Assembly (NCBI GenBank): GCA_965207455.1 | Contig: CBDBMJ010000003.1 | Span: forward strand, 439,973 to 503,972 | DNA: 64,000 nucleotides | Direction of reading: 5' to 3' | From: Bdellovibrionota bacterium | GTDB taxonomy: Bacteria; Bdellovibrionota; UBA1018; CAIPTA01; JAALKR01 | Shown: positions 63,330-64,000 of the stretch, piece after piece | Layout: each line of letters opens with the position of its first letter | Numbering within the stretch: the first letter of the stretch is position 1 | Notes under the pieces: generated by a model | The model's input: only the letters and a program-made list of their open reading frames with translations | What the model was told of the DNA's origin: nothing | Database searches by the model: none | Made by a program: the position numbers and the translations under genes

Positions 63330-63860
63330 TCAATCGGAATCTAAATGAAACGCCTGGTACTCTTCTATAAAAGCAAGTTTACTTTTATCCTCAATACGAT
63401 CAATAAAAAGAACACCGTTTAAGTGATCAAACTCATGCTGAAGAACAATGGCAGAAAAACCCTCCACTTCCAAAGTATGCTCCTGAGCTTTTTCGTCCCA
63501 GTAGTGCACGGATATTTTTCGAGGTCGCTCCACGTATCCCCGTATACCAGGAATAGAAAGGCAACCCTCCCACATACCCTGCACTGTATGATCCAGAACC
63601 GTAACCCTGGGATTGATATAAATTCCACTTGTTTTTTCGGACTGGGGATAACGATCTGAGGATTCGGGAGATTCTACAATGGCAAGCTGTATGGATACAC
63701 CCACCTGTGGTGCAGCTAAACCAATGCCGTCGGCACTGGCCATGGTATTATACATATCCTCAATAAGGGCTTGTACTTCCGACGACTGAATTTTGGAAAT
63801 GTCTAAAGGCTGAGCCACCAGTCGAAGTGTGGGATGACCCATGCGCAGGATGCTTGCCAT
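63330..63860 (-). CDS. def: Peptide deformylase
   Basis: GIGLAAPQVG, EGCLS, QHEFDHLNG. Confidence 0.95.
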   Translation of the reverse strand: MASILRMGHPTLRLVAQPLDISKIQSSEVQALIEDMYNTMASADGIGLAAPQVGVSIQLAIVESPESSDRYPQSEKTSGIYINPRVTVLDHTVQGMWEGCLSIPGIRGYVERPRKISVHYWDEKAQEHTLEVEGFSAIVLQHEFDHLNGVLFIDRIEDKSKLAFIEEYQAFHLDSD

Positions 63861-64000
63861 TTAGGCTTTGGATCCTAGTCTTGATTTTGCTTTTTTTCGG
63901 TAGATGATTTTTGTTTTTGTCGAGGGGGTGGGGTTGTTTCTTTGAGCCGCACTCTTTCTGGCTGATTTTTTGGCTTTTCTTTTTGGGGCTTTTGCTGCTG
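63861..64000 (-). CDS. 3' end of an upstream gene with a Lys/Ala-rich tail (partial)
   Basis: Open frame AAKAPKRKAKKSARKS...GSKA* ending directly before the def ATG. Confidence 0.45.
   Translation of the reverse strand, partial: AAKAPKRKAKKSARKSAAQRNNPTPSTKTKIIYRKKAKSRLGSKA

Overview
AT-rich (~40% GC by eye) bacterial window whose gene content points to a predatory Bdellovibrionota-like organism (inference). From left to right: (1) a tandem array of three GxSxG alpha/beta-hydrolase paralogs, two of them frameshifted; (2) a lipoprotein, an S8 subtilase and a 1072-aa hypothetical; (3) housekeeping genes glpD, holB, tmk and a ferredoxin-NADP reductase; (4) two divergent sensor-less sigma54 activators with nearby -24/-12 promoters, lon, two CNNM/CBS proteins and an atypical receiver; (5) a ~16.5-kb co-oriented Tad/Flp pilus locus with three FHA proteins, an RHS/YD protein and two small secreted proteins, resembling a merged Bdellovibrio hit locus and Myxococcus Kil system; (6) dppB/dppC permeases followed by a 19-kb array of three ~4.6-4.8-kb cassettes, each bounded by a ~60-bp copy of the dppC 3' region. 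Each cassette encodes a Cys-rich 24-aa-repeat secreted protein, a putative His/Cys peptidase and a small signal-peptide/C-terminal-TM protein. Cassette 3 is a diverged variant carrying a two-ORF DDE transposon (27-bp TIR, 8-bp TSD, likely -1 frameshift) that is itself interrupted by an IS66; (7) dut and def. The cassette array is the best candidate for an undescribed system.
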